Source of the DNA: Escherichia phage 241
Length of the DNA stretch: 64,000 bases
Sequence record: OR924452
Direction: 5' to 3' (one strand)
A program made the position numbers and the translations under genes. Shown in pieces: positions 26,694 through 35,166 of this stretch. The notes below the pieces were generated by a model. The model worked only from the letters and a program-made list of their open reading frames with translations. It was not told the DNA's origin and did no database searches. The stretch's first letter is position 1. Each line of letters starts with the position of its first letter.

Positions 26694-27887
26694 ATGAAAG
26701 CCAAGACCTTCAGTATTCCTATCGACAACATTGGTCGTGTCAAGGAACGTCTGGCCAAACTTGAAAGAACGGCCAAGCGCCTGAATCTCGAGTTCCCTCT
26801 TGTCGAATACAGCGAATCATACAAAACCCAGCATCGCGATTCTATCACTGGTGAAAAATTCTATCGGTGGTGGCAGGATTGTACACTCACTGGTGAAGGC
26901 ATCGACCGCCCTGTTTCCTACGGCGGGTGGAGCATTATTGGACAATTCAATCACCAATATCCAAAAGTCATCTTGAATAAATTAGCAGATGACATCCACC
27001 CTAATTTCATTCAAAGATTCGAAGCCGAAAACGTGTCTTGGTGTGAGCATTGTAATAAATCTGTGCGTCGTCATAACACATATGTTGTTCGTAACGAACA
27101 ATCCGGCGCTCAAATGTTGGTCGGCAGTAGCTGTATGCACCATTACGTTCCTCATCAGAAATCGCTTGATGCCGTGATGTCTTATTATATGTCGATACAT
27201 GAAATGTTCTCACCTGATGAAGATGACCCTGAAGGCATCTATCGAGTGAACGAACCTGATTACGTTGACACTGAAGGTTATTTGCGGAATTGCTTTCAGG
27301 TTCTGCTATCTGGTATGAGTATGAAGAGCGATGATTTTGGTCGAGTTCTTGGTCATATTTCTAGCGGGACTCGTCCGGAGAAAGGTTCTGACATTGAGAT
27401 ATTCTATAACAAGGCAGTTAAAGCCCGTGAAGATGCTCAATCAGAGATGTACCATATGATGCTTTTCATCGCCGCGTTGTCTGAGAACAATGATTTCAAC
27501 GTTCGTCTGAAACGTATGTGTGAACCTGGATATCACCTCGTTAAGGACTCCACGACAGTTCGTTGGGGAGCAGCAAAGTATTATGATTATATCCACACCC
27601 CCCGCCAAATGCGTTCTGTATCAAATTGGGTGGGGGAAGTCGGTGAAATGTTAGAAGTGCAAGTCAAATTCGAAGCAAGGATTTTCCTGTATTCATCTGA
27701 TTATGGTGACACGTATCTGTATACTTTCAAAACCAAAGAAGGCAATACCATTACATGGAAGACTTCTTATATGGAAACCGAATTCCTGGAAGGTGATATG
27801 ATCATTCGTGGTCGCGTCAAAGAATTGACCGAATTCAAAGATGTTAAACAAACTCAGGTAACAAGGGCAAAACTGAGGAAATTATGA
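26694..27887 (+). CDS. hypothetical protein (397 aa) with internal Cys/His cluster
   Basis: ORF; WCEHCNKSVRRH...SSCMHHY suggests metal binding. Confidence 0.5.
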   Translation: MKAKTFSIPIDNIGRVKERLAKLERTAKRLNLEFPLVEYSESYKTQHRDSITGEKFYRWWQDCTLTGEGIDRPVSYGGWSIIGQFNHQYPKVILNKLADDIHPNFIQRFEAENVSWCEHCNKSVRRHNTYVVRNEQSGAQMLVGSSCMHHYVPHQKSLDAVMSYYMSIHEMFSPDEDDPEGIYRVNEPDYVDTEGYLRNCFQVLLSGMSMKSDDFGRVLGHISSGTRPEKGSDIEIFYNKAVKAREDAQSEMYHMMLFIAALSENNDFNVRLKRMCEPGYHLVKDSTTVRWGAAKYYDYIHTPRQMRSVSNWVGEVGEMLEVQVKFEARIFLYSSDYGDTYLYTFKTKEGNTITWKTSYMETEFLEGDMIIRGRVKELTEFKDVKQTQVTRAKLRKL

Positions 27888-28000
27888 TTCTTTTACAATT
27901 TGTTTTGAAAGCATTTGCATTCGGTCTTATCGCATGCGGAGTGATCACAGCTATGCTGTTAATCATAGCCCTGATCATCCCCTTTAAGAGGAAGAAATGA
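27884..28000 (+). CDS. small hydrophobic peptide (38 aa), below the ORF-track length cutoff
   Basis: ATGA overlap with upstream stop, GAGGAAA RBS, single TM-like segment, ends one nt before the next ATG. Confidence 0.35.
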   Translation: MILLQFVLKAFAFGLIACGVITAMLLIIALIIPFKRKK

Positions 28001-28201
28001 ATGAAGCGCGAAATTAAGGATGTGTATGATCCTGGATCTTGTTGCCCAGGACACGACAAATATCCTTCAGAAAAATATAAAAATCGTCGTTCTGTAGCTA
28101 AACGTTCCGAGGGGATAAAGAAAGAACATCGTCACGCTCGCCGTGTTAAGCGCCTTGCGTTGAAAATCGATATATTCTATTCACCTCAGGAGGATTTTTA
28201 A
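28001..28201 (+). CDS. small basic protein (66 aa)
   Basis: ORF with GAGGAAGAAA RBS. Confidence 0.35.
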   Translation: MKREIKDVYDPGSCCPGHDKYPSEKYKNRRSVAKRSEGIKKEHRHARRVKRLALKIDIFYSPQEDF

Positions 28202-28413
28202 TGGAATGTTCATGCGGAGGGCAAGGCACAAGTGCATACTTGCCATTTAACACCGTCAAGGAAGCCGAAGACGCCGGATATGCCGTTGACAAGGCTCCCT
28301 GTGTAATTGCCATTAAGGATTGTCCGTGCTGTAAGAGGCACTCTCAGGACTTGCATTACTCACCTGACGCTCGTTCAGACAAAGTTAACCTTCTTTCACT
28401 GATGAGGAAGTAA
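28201..28413 (+). CDS. small Cys-rich protein (70 aa)
   Basis: CSCGG...CPCCKRH motifs. Confidence 0.4.
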   Translation: MECSCGGQGTSAYLPFNTVKEAEDAGYAVDKAPCVIAIKDCPCCKRHSQDLHYSPDARSDKVNLLSLMRK

Positions 28414-28414
28414 A

Positions 28415-28762
28415 ATGCGCAAGTATTTGAATTGGCTATTGGGTAAGCCCCTGAGCCACGAGGTTCGTTGTTTGATAGACGCAATCGACTCGGATGAAGT
28501 GAAATGGAACGGGGTGCAGTTTATCGGGATCGATGTGATCGTTTATAACGGCGTCAGAGTGGCTGCTTATACGGTCAACAGCTGTTCAGGATACACCGTT
28601 GATATTGGGTTCTGCTCTAACTGTTTACCCCACCATGAGGCCAAAGCTGTGTACAAAGCTCTCGTGCGCCACAACAAGAGACGCCGCAAGCGGGTTGAGG
28701 CTCAGGTTGAGGTACACAACCGCGAGGAAGTTCACAAGGCTCTTGGCTTCCATAACAAATAA
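28415..28762 (+). CDS. hypothetical protein (115 aa)
   Basis: ORF. Confidence 0.4.
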   Translation: MRKYLNWLLGKPLSHEVRCLIDAIDSDEVKWNGVQFIGIDVIVYNGVRVAAYTVNSCSGYTVDIGFCSNCLPHHEAKAVYKALVRHNKRRRKRVEAQVEVHNREEVHKALGFHNK

Positions 28763-28817
28763 TTCAATAACTGTTTCACCCATATAATACATGGGAATTT
28801 ACAGAAGGAACACAACT

Positions 28818-29159
28818 ATGACCACACTCGTAGAAACATTATTCCCAGGATGCACCCTTGGGCGCGGCGGTAGCGAAGCCAACGGGCTGGCAATTGACGC
28901 CGAACCACAGAACTGCGTTGTTATCGACAAATTCCATGACAATCACTATCCTCTGAGCCATCGCCGTGATCATTATCTGGTTTCTGTGGGTGAAACATTG
29001 GTCTCTCTTCGTATTTGTGAAGCAATGCCTGGTTATGGTTATGACGCATTTGCATATATCCATAGCGTTTCCAATGGGGAAATGGGGAAAGAAACCCTGA
29101 CTGAACAATTCAAAGGATGGAAAGAATCTTTTACGTCCGTCAAACCGCCGAAGAAATAA
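28818..29159 (+). CDS. hypothetical protein (113 aa)
   Basis: AGAAGGAAC RBS before internal ATG at 28818. Confidence 0.45.
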   Translation: MTTLVETLFPGCTLGRGGSEANGLAIDAEPQNCVVIDKFHDNHYPLSHRRDHYLVSVGETLVSLRICEAMPGYGYDAFAYIHSVSNGEMGKETLTEQFKGWKESFTSVKPPKK

Positions 29160-29174
29160 TTGAGGATTATATTA

Positions 29175-29783
29175 ATGTCACTGAAAAATTTACTGAAACG
29201 CATCTTCACTACCGTTGAAGCGAACGTCACTGCAGGTTTAGATAAACTGACTGATACTGAAAAGCGTCTGAATTTGGCTGCACGGAAACTATCTGATCAC
29301 ATCCGACGTTTAGAAGAAACTCGTGTAACTAATGTCCGTCAAGGCGTTAAGATGAAGAAAACAGCTGATGAAAATCTAGCAGAAGCCATTAAGCGGGAAA
29401 CAATTTTGAAAGACGCTATTGCCCGTGGTGTAACGCCTACTCGTGCCGATGCGTTAATCATTCTTCATCGCCGTCGTATGGGCGAAGCCTTATTGGACAA
29501 AGTCAAAGAGATTGAATCTGGTAGCGTAAAATTAAATTCGGCAATTGTTCAACTGGGCGACAAATTGGATGTGGTTAAGTCTAATCTAGAATTAGTTCGC
29601 ATTCAGAAAGAATCCAATGATCTCGGATTAACTCTACCAGAAGATATCGATTATGCTGCTGATATGGTCAGCATTGACGTTGATTCTATTCTGCGTGAAG
29701 CCGAAATTGCCGACTCCAATTATTCATCCAATAATCCGTCAACGATTGAAGCGGACAACTATCTGGCAAGTTTATCAAAATAA
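29175..29783 (+). CDS. coiled-coil protein (PspA/IM30-like?)
   Basis: TGAGGA RBS before ATG at 29175; heptad-rich sequence. Confidence 0.4.
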   Translation: MSLKNLLKRIFTTVEANVTAGLDKLTDTEKRLNLAARKLSDHIRRLEETRVTNVRQGVKMKKTADENLAEAIKRETILKDAIARGVTPTRADALIILHRRRMGEALLDKVKEIESGSVKLNSAIVQLGDKLDVVKSNLELVRIQKESNDLGLTLPEDIDYAADMVSIDVDSILREAEIADSNYSSNNPSTIEADNYLASLSK

Positions 29784-29819
29784 TTTGGGAGGGGCTTTGC
29801 CCCTTCATTCGGGGGATTT

Positions 29820-30407
29820 ATGGTAATTATCGACTCAACAGATATTTTGATTGCGGGTTTTAGTATTATTGGTGTCTTCACCCTCGTGCGTAGTATCAAA
29901 AAATCAATTCGAAAAAGGGTTGTTGATGTTGTTGCCCCAGATTTACAATTAGAAGATACCAAAGAAAATTCTAAAGATATAAAACAAATTCTGGCCAGCC
30001 GTGTATCCAAACGATTGTCACAGAAAATAGAAGATTTCAGTTTGGAGCAAAAAGACCTTAATACTACTCCTGAAGAATATTTCCAATATTTCATGGAAGG
30101 TTTGGGTTGGCCATCCATAGAATATTGTATCTTAAGAACGGATTATTTCTATGTGACCATAGTATGTAAAAGTGATCAACAGGTTGCCGAGCCTAATCAA
30201 AGGGTATGGTTTTATAATTATTCAGATTTAGATAATCACTTTTTAGTGTCTCTTCATAGATTGTTTAAGGAGTATATGGACAACGGAAGCACACAAACCC
30301 CCACTGTGGAAACAGTAGAATCTATTGTGGAACGTGCCCGCGCCCGTAATGAATCGAAATCGGATTACCTTTCGAAGTATGGATTTATTTGGAAGGAAGA
30401 CATATGA
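29820..30407 (+). CDS. membrane-anchored hypothetical protein (195 aa)
   Basis: GGGGGA RBS; N-terminal TM helix. Confidence 0.45.
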   Translation: MVIIDSTDILIAGFSIIGVFTLVRSIKKSIRKRVVDVVAPDLQLEDTKENSKDIKQILASRVSKRLSQKIEDFSLEQKDLNTTPEEYFQYFMEGLGWPSIEYCILRTDYFYVTIVCKSDQQVAEPNQRVWFYNYSDLDNHFLVSLHRLFKEYMDNGSTQTPTVETVESIVERARARNESKSDYLSKYGFIWKEDI

Positions 30408-30580
30408 AAGACATCTTATTTTATATTTGGTCTACAATATCTACAATATTAATCCTTGGGATCTTGATTATTCTTTTTCAACCATTTTGGGCCGAATGGA
30501 TCAATAATAGAAGAATGCGCAAATATGGGGTAGATGTTTTACAGATTGTTGACAAGGCCAGAGAAAGACACGGAAAATAA
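30404..30580 (+). CDS. small membrane protein (58 aa)
   Basis: GGAAGGAAG RBS; overlapping start/stop; hydrophobic. Confidence 0.4.
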   Translation: MKDILFYIWSTISTILILGILIILFQPFWAEWINNRRMRKYGVDVLQIVDKARERHGK

Positions 30581-30582
30581 AT

Positions 30583-30607
30583 CTATTGAAGTCTCTGGGG
30601 TTATAAT
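30583..30607 (+). promoter_or_regulatory. putative promoter (CTATTGAAG box, 10 nt spacer, TATAAT) upstream of DNA ligase
   Basis: CTATTGAAG-tctctggggt-TATAAT, 27 nt before the ligase ATG. Confidence 0.45.
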
Positions 30608-30633
30608 AACAGGACGAATAACCCTGGAGACAC

Positions 30634-32061
30634 ATGATGCTTCCTCTCTTAGAAATAATCCAAAATCTTCGTGATACCAAAGGCACTAATGCTAAGAAAG
30701 CCGTGTTGACCGAAGCGTTCAGAACCAATCCGGAACTTGTTGATTTCCTTCAATACGTTTATGATCCAATGCGTTCTTATTATCGCACCCAATTCAATCT
30801 GAATGCATTCCCTCGCATGCTTTCGCGCGGCGTTGTCGGTAGCTGGGATCAGGTTTATGACGTTCTTGATATGATGTCAGAACGTCGTATTGGCGGGATG
30901 AAGGCCGACCAAGAACTGGCAAAAGCGGCAACAAATATTCATCCTGATTACCACACCCTCATTCAGATCATTCTCGACCGAGACATTAAAGCGGGGATTG
31001 CGGAGAAAGGTATCAACGCAGCATTCAACGCAGCCGGAGGCACAGGTCGCCTGATTAACATCCTCCCATATCATCGTTATGACAACATGACGATTGATTT
31101 GTTGAAGACGATGGACTTCAAGCGCGGCGTATTCAGTCAGCTGAAGTCTGACGGGATGTTCGCCAACATCATTTGTCGCTATGGAAAAGATCCAGAGATT
31201 CGTTCTCGCTCTGGTTCTTTGATTGCGGGTGGTTCCGTTGATAACCTATCATTGGTTTTCAAAGATATCATCTATGACGCTGGGATTGGGGAAAGCGTTT
31301 TTCATGGTGAACTCCTTGTTATCGATCTGAAGACGAATACAGTCCTTCCCAGAGCTATCGGTAACGGTAAACTTAACAGCGTCATCCAGACTGGTGAACC
31401 TCTGGAAGATCGTTATCGAGTGATTTATCGTGTATGGGATGTTGTTCCATACGACAAATGGTTCAACGCAGAGCGGGTTGACACCCCGTATGAACGACGC
31501 TTCGATATCATCCAGCAGTTGTTCGATGAAGACGACGGGTTGGTTCAGGTTCAAGAGACCCGTGTCGTTCATTCGTTTGAAGAGGCGGTTGATCATTTCA
31601 AGGACGCACTGGCCCGTGGTGAAGAAGGAACGATCTGCAAAGCGGCTGATATGCCATGGGAAGACGGCACGTCCTCTGAAGGTCTGAAGCTGAAGATGGA
31701 AGTGGAATGCGACCTTGAAATTGTGGGATTTAACGAAGGGGATAAGAAAGGCAAACATGCCAGGACTTTTGGCTCTCTGTTATGTAAGACTTCCGACGGC
31801 CTATTAGTTGTTGGTGTCTCTGGGATCTCAGATGAGCTGAGACTCCGGATGTGGGAAAACCAGGGCGACTACATTGGCATGATAGCTGCGGTGCTCTCTA
31901 ATGGCGTACAGGATAAAACAGATGACGCCATGAAGTCCTTGTTCCTCCCGCGACTTGTCGAAGTGCGCACAGACAAGAAAGTTGCCAACACGCTGGCTGA
32001 AGTCTATGCTATCCAGAAAGCGTACATTGAAAACATTCTGGTGTTGTTAGAGGCAGCATAA
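30634..32061 (+). CDS. 30: ATP-dependent DNA ligase
   Basis: Adenylation motif LKSDGMF (KxDG); size and architecture as T4 gp30. Confidence 0.85.
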   Translation: MMLPLLEIIQNLRDTKGTNAKKAVLTEAFRTNPELVDFLQYVYDPMRSYYRTQFNLNAFPRMLSRGVVGSWDQVYDVLDMMSERRIGGMKADQELAKAATNIHPDYHTLIQIILDRDIKAGIAEKGINAAFNAAGGTGRLINILPYHRYDNMTIDLLKTMDFKRGVFSQLKSDGMFANIICRYGKDPEIRSRSGSLIAGGSVDNLSLVFKDIIYDAGIGESVFHGELLVIDLKTNTVLPRAIGNGKLNSVIQTGEPLEDRYRVIYRVWDVVPYDKWFNAERVDTPYERRFDIIQQLFDEDDGLVQVQETRVVHSFEEAVDHFKDALARGEEGTICKAADMPWEDGTSSEGLKLKMEVECDLEIVGFNEGDKKGKHARTFGSLLCKTSDGLLVVGVSGISDELRLRMWENQGDYIGMIAAVLSNGVQDKTDDAMKSLFLPRLVEVRTDKKVANTLAEVYAIQKAYIENILVLLEAA

Positions 32062-32074
32062 TCTCGATTGAATT

Positions 32075-32096
32075 AAGGGGGTGTAACCCCCTTTCA
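32075..32096 (+). terminator. rho-independent terminator
   Basis: AAGGGGGTGTAACCCCCTTT. Confidence 0.6.
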
Positions 32097-32117
32097 ATAA
32101 ATCTATGGCAGTATAAT
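32094..32117 (+). promoter_or_regulatory. putative promoter (TCAATAAA box, 10 nt spacer, TATAAT)
   Basis: TCAATAAA-tctatggcag-TATAAT, 29 nt upstream of ATG 32146. Confidence 0.35.
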
Positions 32118-32145
32118 TCCAACAAATCATCACAACGGTATTGTT

Positions 32146-32409
32146 ATGAAACTTGTTGACAAACAACCAAGAAAGAATAATGACTCATTACATCTCTTAA
32201 CCATTATGCGGGAGTTGGGAGTTTCTGAATTGCAAATGATGAAGTTGATGAATTGTTCTGACGTTGTCTATAATTGGACAAACGGTTATCGTCTTATCCC
32301 AAAATCATTCCGTCGTTTTATTTTGGCATTGGTGTTTATTCATCGCCAAGGAAAAACAGAAGAGTTTCAACGTTTCGTTAAATCAGAGGAGAGATCACGT
32401 GGTTGGTAA
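32146..32409 (+). CDS. hypothetical small protein (87 aa), possibly DNA-binding
   Basis: ORF. Confidence 0.45.
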   Translation: MKLVDKQPRKNNDSLHLLTIMRELGVSELQMMKLMNCSDVVYNWTNGYRLIPKSFRRFILALVFIHRQGKTEEFQRFVKSEERSRGW

Positions 32410-32563
32410 AAATCCGCCGTCATATGTCAAAATCGGGATCGCTTTCCGGAACGCCATGCTTTTCATTAAAGAGAAAGGCTTGATGTCGGAGTTCAATCAG
32501 TTCTGTTCTGAACGCCACAGATTACAGAAACAGAAAAGCAGGGAGAAACGCCATGATAACTGA
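32399..32563 (+). CDS. possible small basic protein (54 aa) starting at GTG
   Basis: GAGGAGAG RBS 6 nt before GTG 32399; stop overlaps the gp59 start; tentative. Confidence 0.25.
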   Translation: MVGKNPPSYVKIGIAFRNAMLFIKEKGLMSEFNQFCSERHRLQKQKSREKRHDN

Positions 32564-33215
32564 GTGGGAGAAAATGCAATATGAACGTGCATTTAACGTT
32601 TATTGCATATATATGGCGATCAAGTTGCATTTCACCACCAAAGATTTTGATTATGGTCTATATGGGCCGATGAACAATTACAAGTTTGAAACATTCTATT
32701 CTAAACAGGGCGTGGCCAAACAATTTGCTAAACTTGCTCGTCGGTTTGAATCTTCCCAGGGTGAAGTGGTGGAAAATTATATCATCGCCAACTTTGTTAA
32801 ATCACCAAAAACATGGGTGACAACATTACTCACCCGTCAGGCTCAAGAAAATTATAATGAATATCGCCGCCTGTACGATAACTTTTCATATAATTTTCTT
32901 GACCATTTTGAACGTTATATGATTCCGGAAATAAAAGAAAGAGGTGTGAACTTTATCCAGTACATCAAAGGAAATGGGAATGGTCACCCACCGTTGCTGA
33001 CAGACATTATCATCAAACGTTATCCGATTTGGTTTTTGGTTGGATTGAATAAAGTGGTGGGATTTATTCATTTATATGATACAATACTCAAGGAAGATAT
33101 TTATTGGAATTCTGAGTCGTTCTTATTGAAAAAGACTAATTCTGTGGTTCCGGATGAAAATACAGAATACACGAAAGGAAAACTCCGTGAGCTAATCCTT
33201 GCCCACGGAATTTGA
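32553..33215 (+). CDS. 59: helicase-loading protein, gp59-like
   Basis: 220 aa; N-terminal AFNVYCIYMAIKLHF and ENYIIANFVKSPKTWV resemble T4 gp59 (SVYKLYLMIKQHM, ALIFISNLVANQDAWIG). Confidence 0.5.
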   Translation: MITEWEKMQYERAFNVYCIYMAIKLHFTTKDFDYGLYGPMNNYKFETFYSKQGVAKQFAKLARRFESSQGEVVENYIIANFVKSPKTWVTTLLTRQAQENYNEYRRLYDNFSYNFLDHFERYMIPEIKERGVNFIQYIKGNGNGHPPLLTDIIIKRYPIWFLVGLNKVVGFIHLYDTILKEDIYWNSESFLLKKTNSVVPDENTEYTKGKLRELILAHGI

Positions 33216-35156
33216 TTACCAATCCCAAAGAATACGACCTGCGTCAGTACGGTTGGACGGCTCCAGTTGTGAACTGTTGAAGTTGTTTGTCGTACTGACT
33301 TTCTTCGAGTTATCAACATTTTGTTGTACAGGCATTACCACACTGGCTGGTGGGTTGGCGTAGGAAGATTTAACTTCTTCAATGTTGTTAGCCGCTCTCC
33401 CCTGAACCGGATATGCCCCACCCAGAGTACCTCCCCCGATCCCAGCATATGCATCTTTCAATTGAGAAGTGCGATCTGTTACGTTCACAGCATCCGAAGA
33501 AACCCCAGAAGGCATTGGAGTCAGCGTGCTGATATCTGCATTAGGTTGTGCTGGCGATTGACTGTTCGGTGGTACAGAGGCATTCTCAGGAGCCTTATCG
33601 TCTTGGCTTATCAGCATAGACTGTCTTGCTTCCGCCATCTTATTCCTGGCCGCTTCACCACCCAACGCATCGGGGATAATGCTGACAAACTTATCCACGA
33701 TATCAAACATCGCATTGGTGATAGCATTCAACATGTTGAAGAAAGGTTTCTTCACGTTTTCTGCAAATCCTTTCTTCATGTCTTCAACGACTTTGTTTGC
33801 AGCCGCCATGCCGTCATCTATCAGGCCAGTTATTCCACCCGTTACCCAATCAACCAATTTTATCAATTGGCCTTGCAAGTTATCTGCAAGTTTACCAGGT
33901 ATTTCGGTCAGTGATGTACTCTTCCCAATACCCGCAAACAAATCGTTGGTGACCCAATCAACAATCGAGTTCAACCAACGCACGGGCGCTTCGGTCATTT
34001 TCAGCACTTGTTCACGGAACGCCTTTCCAAACCCAGCATTGTTCCATCCGAATATTTCAGCAACCCAATCAGCGAGATCCCCGAAACTACCGACCAGCTC
34101 TGTTATCCCTGCCTGAACCCGATCAACGATCGATACTTGCGCTTTACCAAGGATTTCTTTAGCATTAAAGAACCCTTTACCGAATTCAAATACAGATGTT
34201 ATTAATGCCAGAGGTCCAACTCGAAGCATCTTGGTTGCTGCTTTCAGGGGCGCAAGCAACCCGCCGATCCCAGCACCAAACCCCATGAATAATTTAATGA
34301 AGCCACCAACAAGTTTTAATGGGGACATCAGGAGTTTTAACGCGCCCAGTCCAAGGAGTGCCCCCAGCGCCGCGCCTAACCCAGAAGATTGACCATCTTG
34401 TTTAGGCTCAGACGGAGGGATAGAACCAGCCTCTGGATTGTTCTTGTTTTCTTTACCTTCTTCACCACGACGGAATTTCTCTTCTTCTCTATATTTTTGA
34501 TCACTTTCATAGATACGTGTCAGAGTATCATTAAGATCTTCGTTCATGTATCCCAATTTGTCATCAATGCTGTCGAGGCGGGTAACAGTTTCGTTACTGG
34601 CATCTTTATTGAAATCCAGCGTGTCCTTATGCGTTTGAAGCATTATGTCAGTCAGGTTTACGATCTCCCCTCCGACCAACGCCAGCTTATCCTTTAATCC
34701 ATCAAGGCGTTCAAGACTATCTTCGTTGGCCGCGCCCAATTGATCTGATATCATGTCAAGATATTCAACTGACATGTCGTCAACCGGACCATTCGCTGCT
34801 TCACCAAATTTTTCGATCTTGGTGGCGATACGCATCAGTTCTTCATTGCCGTCCTTTGTTAGACTGACGGTGTCTTTCATCCAAGTGCTGTAATCCCTTG
34901 TGAAAATGGGACTGACACGGACGAACCCACCAACAATATCATTCACCGATGGGAATTTAATTGGCGGTACTTTCTGCTCCTGATTAGACGCCTGTCGTGT
35001 CTTCAGAGATTGCAGTTGTTTGTTGACATCGGCGAGCTGTTTATTCGTCTCGGATTGGGCGCGCAATTGCTTGCGCTCCATCATTTCTTTTTTGATTTTA
35101 TCCAAAACCTTGACGATGTCTTGCTGCCCTGGTGTCGGTTGATTGTTATCTGCCAT
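33216..35156 (-). CDS. tail/baseplate protein with coiled-coil N-terminus and Gly-rich hydrophobic core (tape-measure or hub-like)
   Basis: 646 aa; LGAALGALLGLGALKLL...GFGAGIGGLLAPL segment; in a structural block. Confidence 0.4.
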   Translation of the reverse strand: MADNNQPTPGQQDIVKVLDKIKKEMMERKQLRAQSETNKQLADVNKQLQSLKTRQASNQEQKVPPIKFPSVNDIVGGFVRVSPIFTRDYSTWMKDTVSLTKDGNEELMRIATKIEKFGEAANGPVDDMSVEYLDMISDQLGAANEDSLERLDGLKDKLALVGGEIVNLTDIMLQTHKDTLDFNKDASNETVTRLDSIDDKLGYMNEDLNDTLTRIYESDQKYREEEKFRRGEEGKENKNNPEAGSIPPSEPKQDGQSSGLGAALGALLGLGALKLLMSPLKLVGGFIKLFMGFGAGIGGLLAPLKAATKMLRVGPLALITSVFEFGKGFFNAKEILGKAQVSIVDRVQAGITELVGSFGDLADWVAEIFGWNNAGFGKAFREQVLKMTEAPVRWLNSIVDWVTNDLFAGIGKSTSLTEIPGKLADNLQGQLIKLVDWVTGGITGLIDDGMAAANKVVEDMKKGFAENVKKPFFNMLNAITNAMFDIVDKFVSIIPDALGGEAARNKMAEARQSMLISQDDKAPENASVPPNSQSPAQPNADISTLTPMPSGVSSDAVNVTDRTSQLKDAYAGIGGGTLGGAYPVQGRAANNIEEVKSSYANPPASVVMPVQQNVDNSKKVSTTNNFNSSQLEPSNRTDAGRILWDW

Positions 35157-35166
35157 TTGTCACCTC

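Noticed and set aside
30583-30607. Reading the TTGAAG inside CTATTGAAG as a sigma70 -35 hexamer
   Set aside because: The spacer to the TATAAT is 10-11 nt in every instance, not the 17 +/- 1 a sigma70 -35/-10 pair needs, so it is treated as a distinct upstream box.
33321-34205. Plus-strand ORFs 33321..33914, 33679..34116 and 34008..34205
   Set aside because: They lie antisense within the long minus-strand structural gene 33216..35156. Similar shadow ORFs opposite topoisomerase (47329..48381), the Ig-like gene (52498..53160), rIIA (56413..56876) and the LemA region (60626..61123) were rejected the same way.
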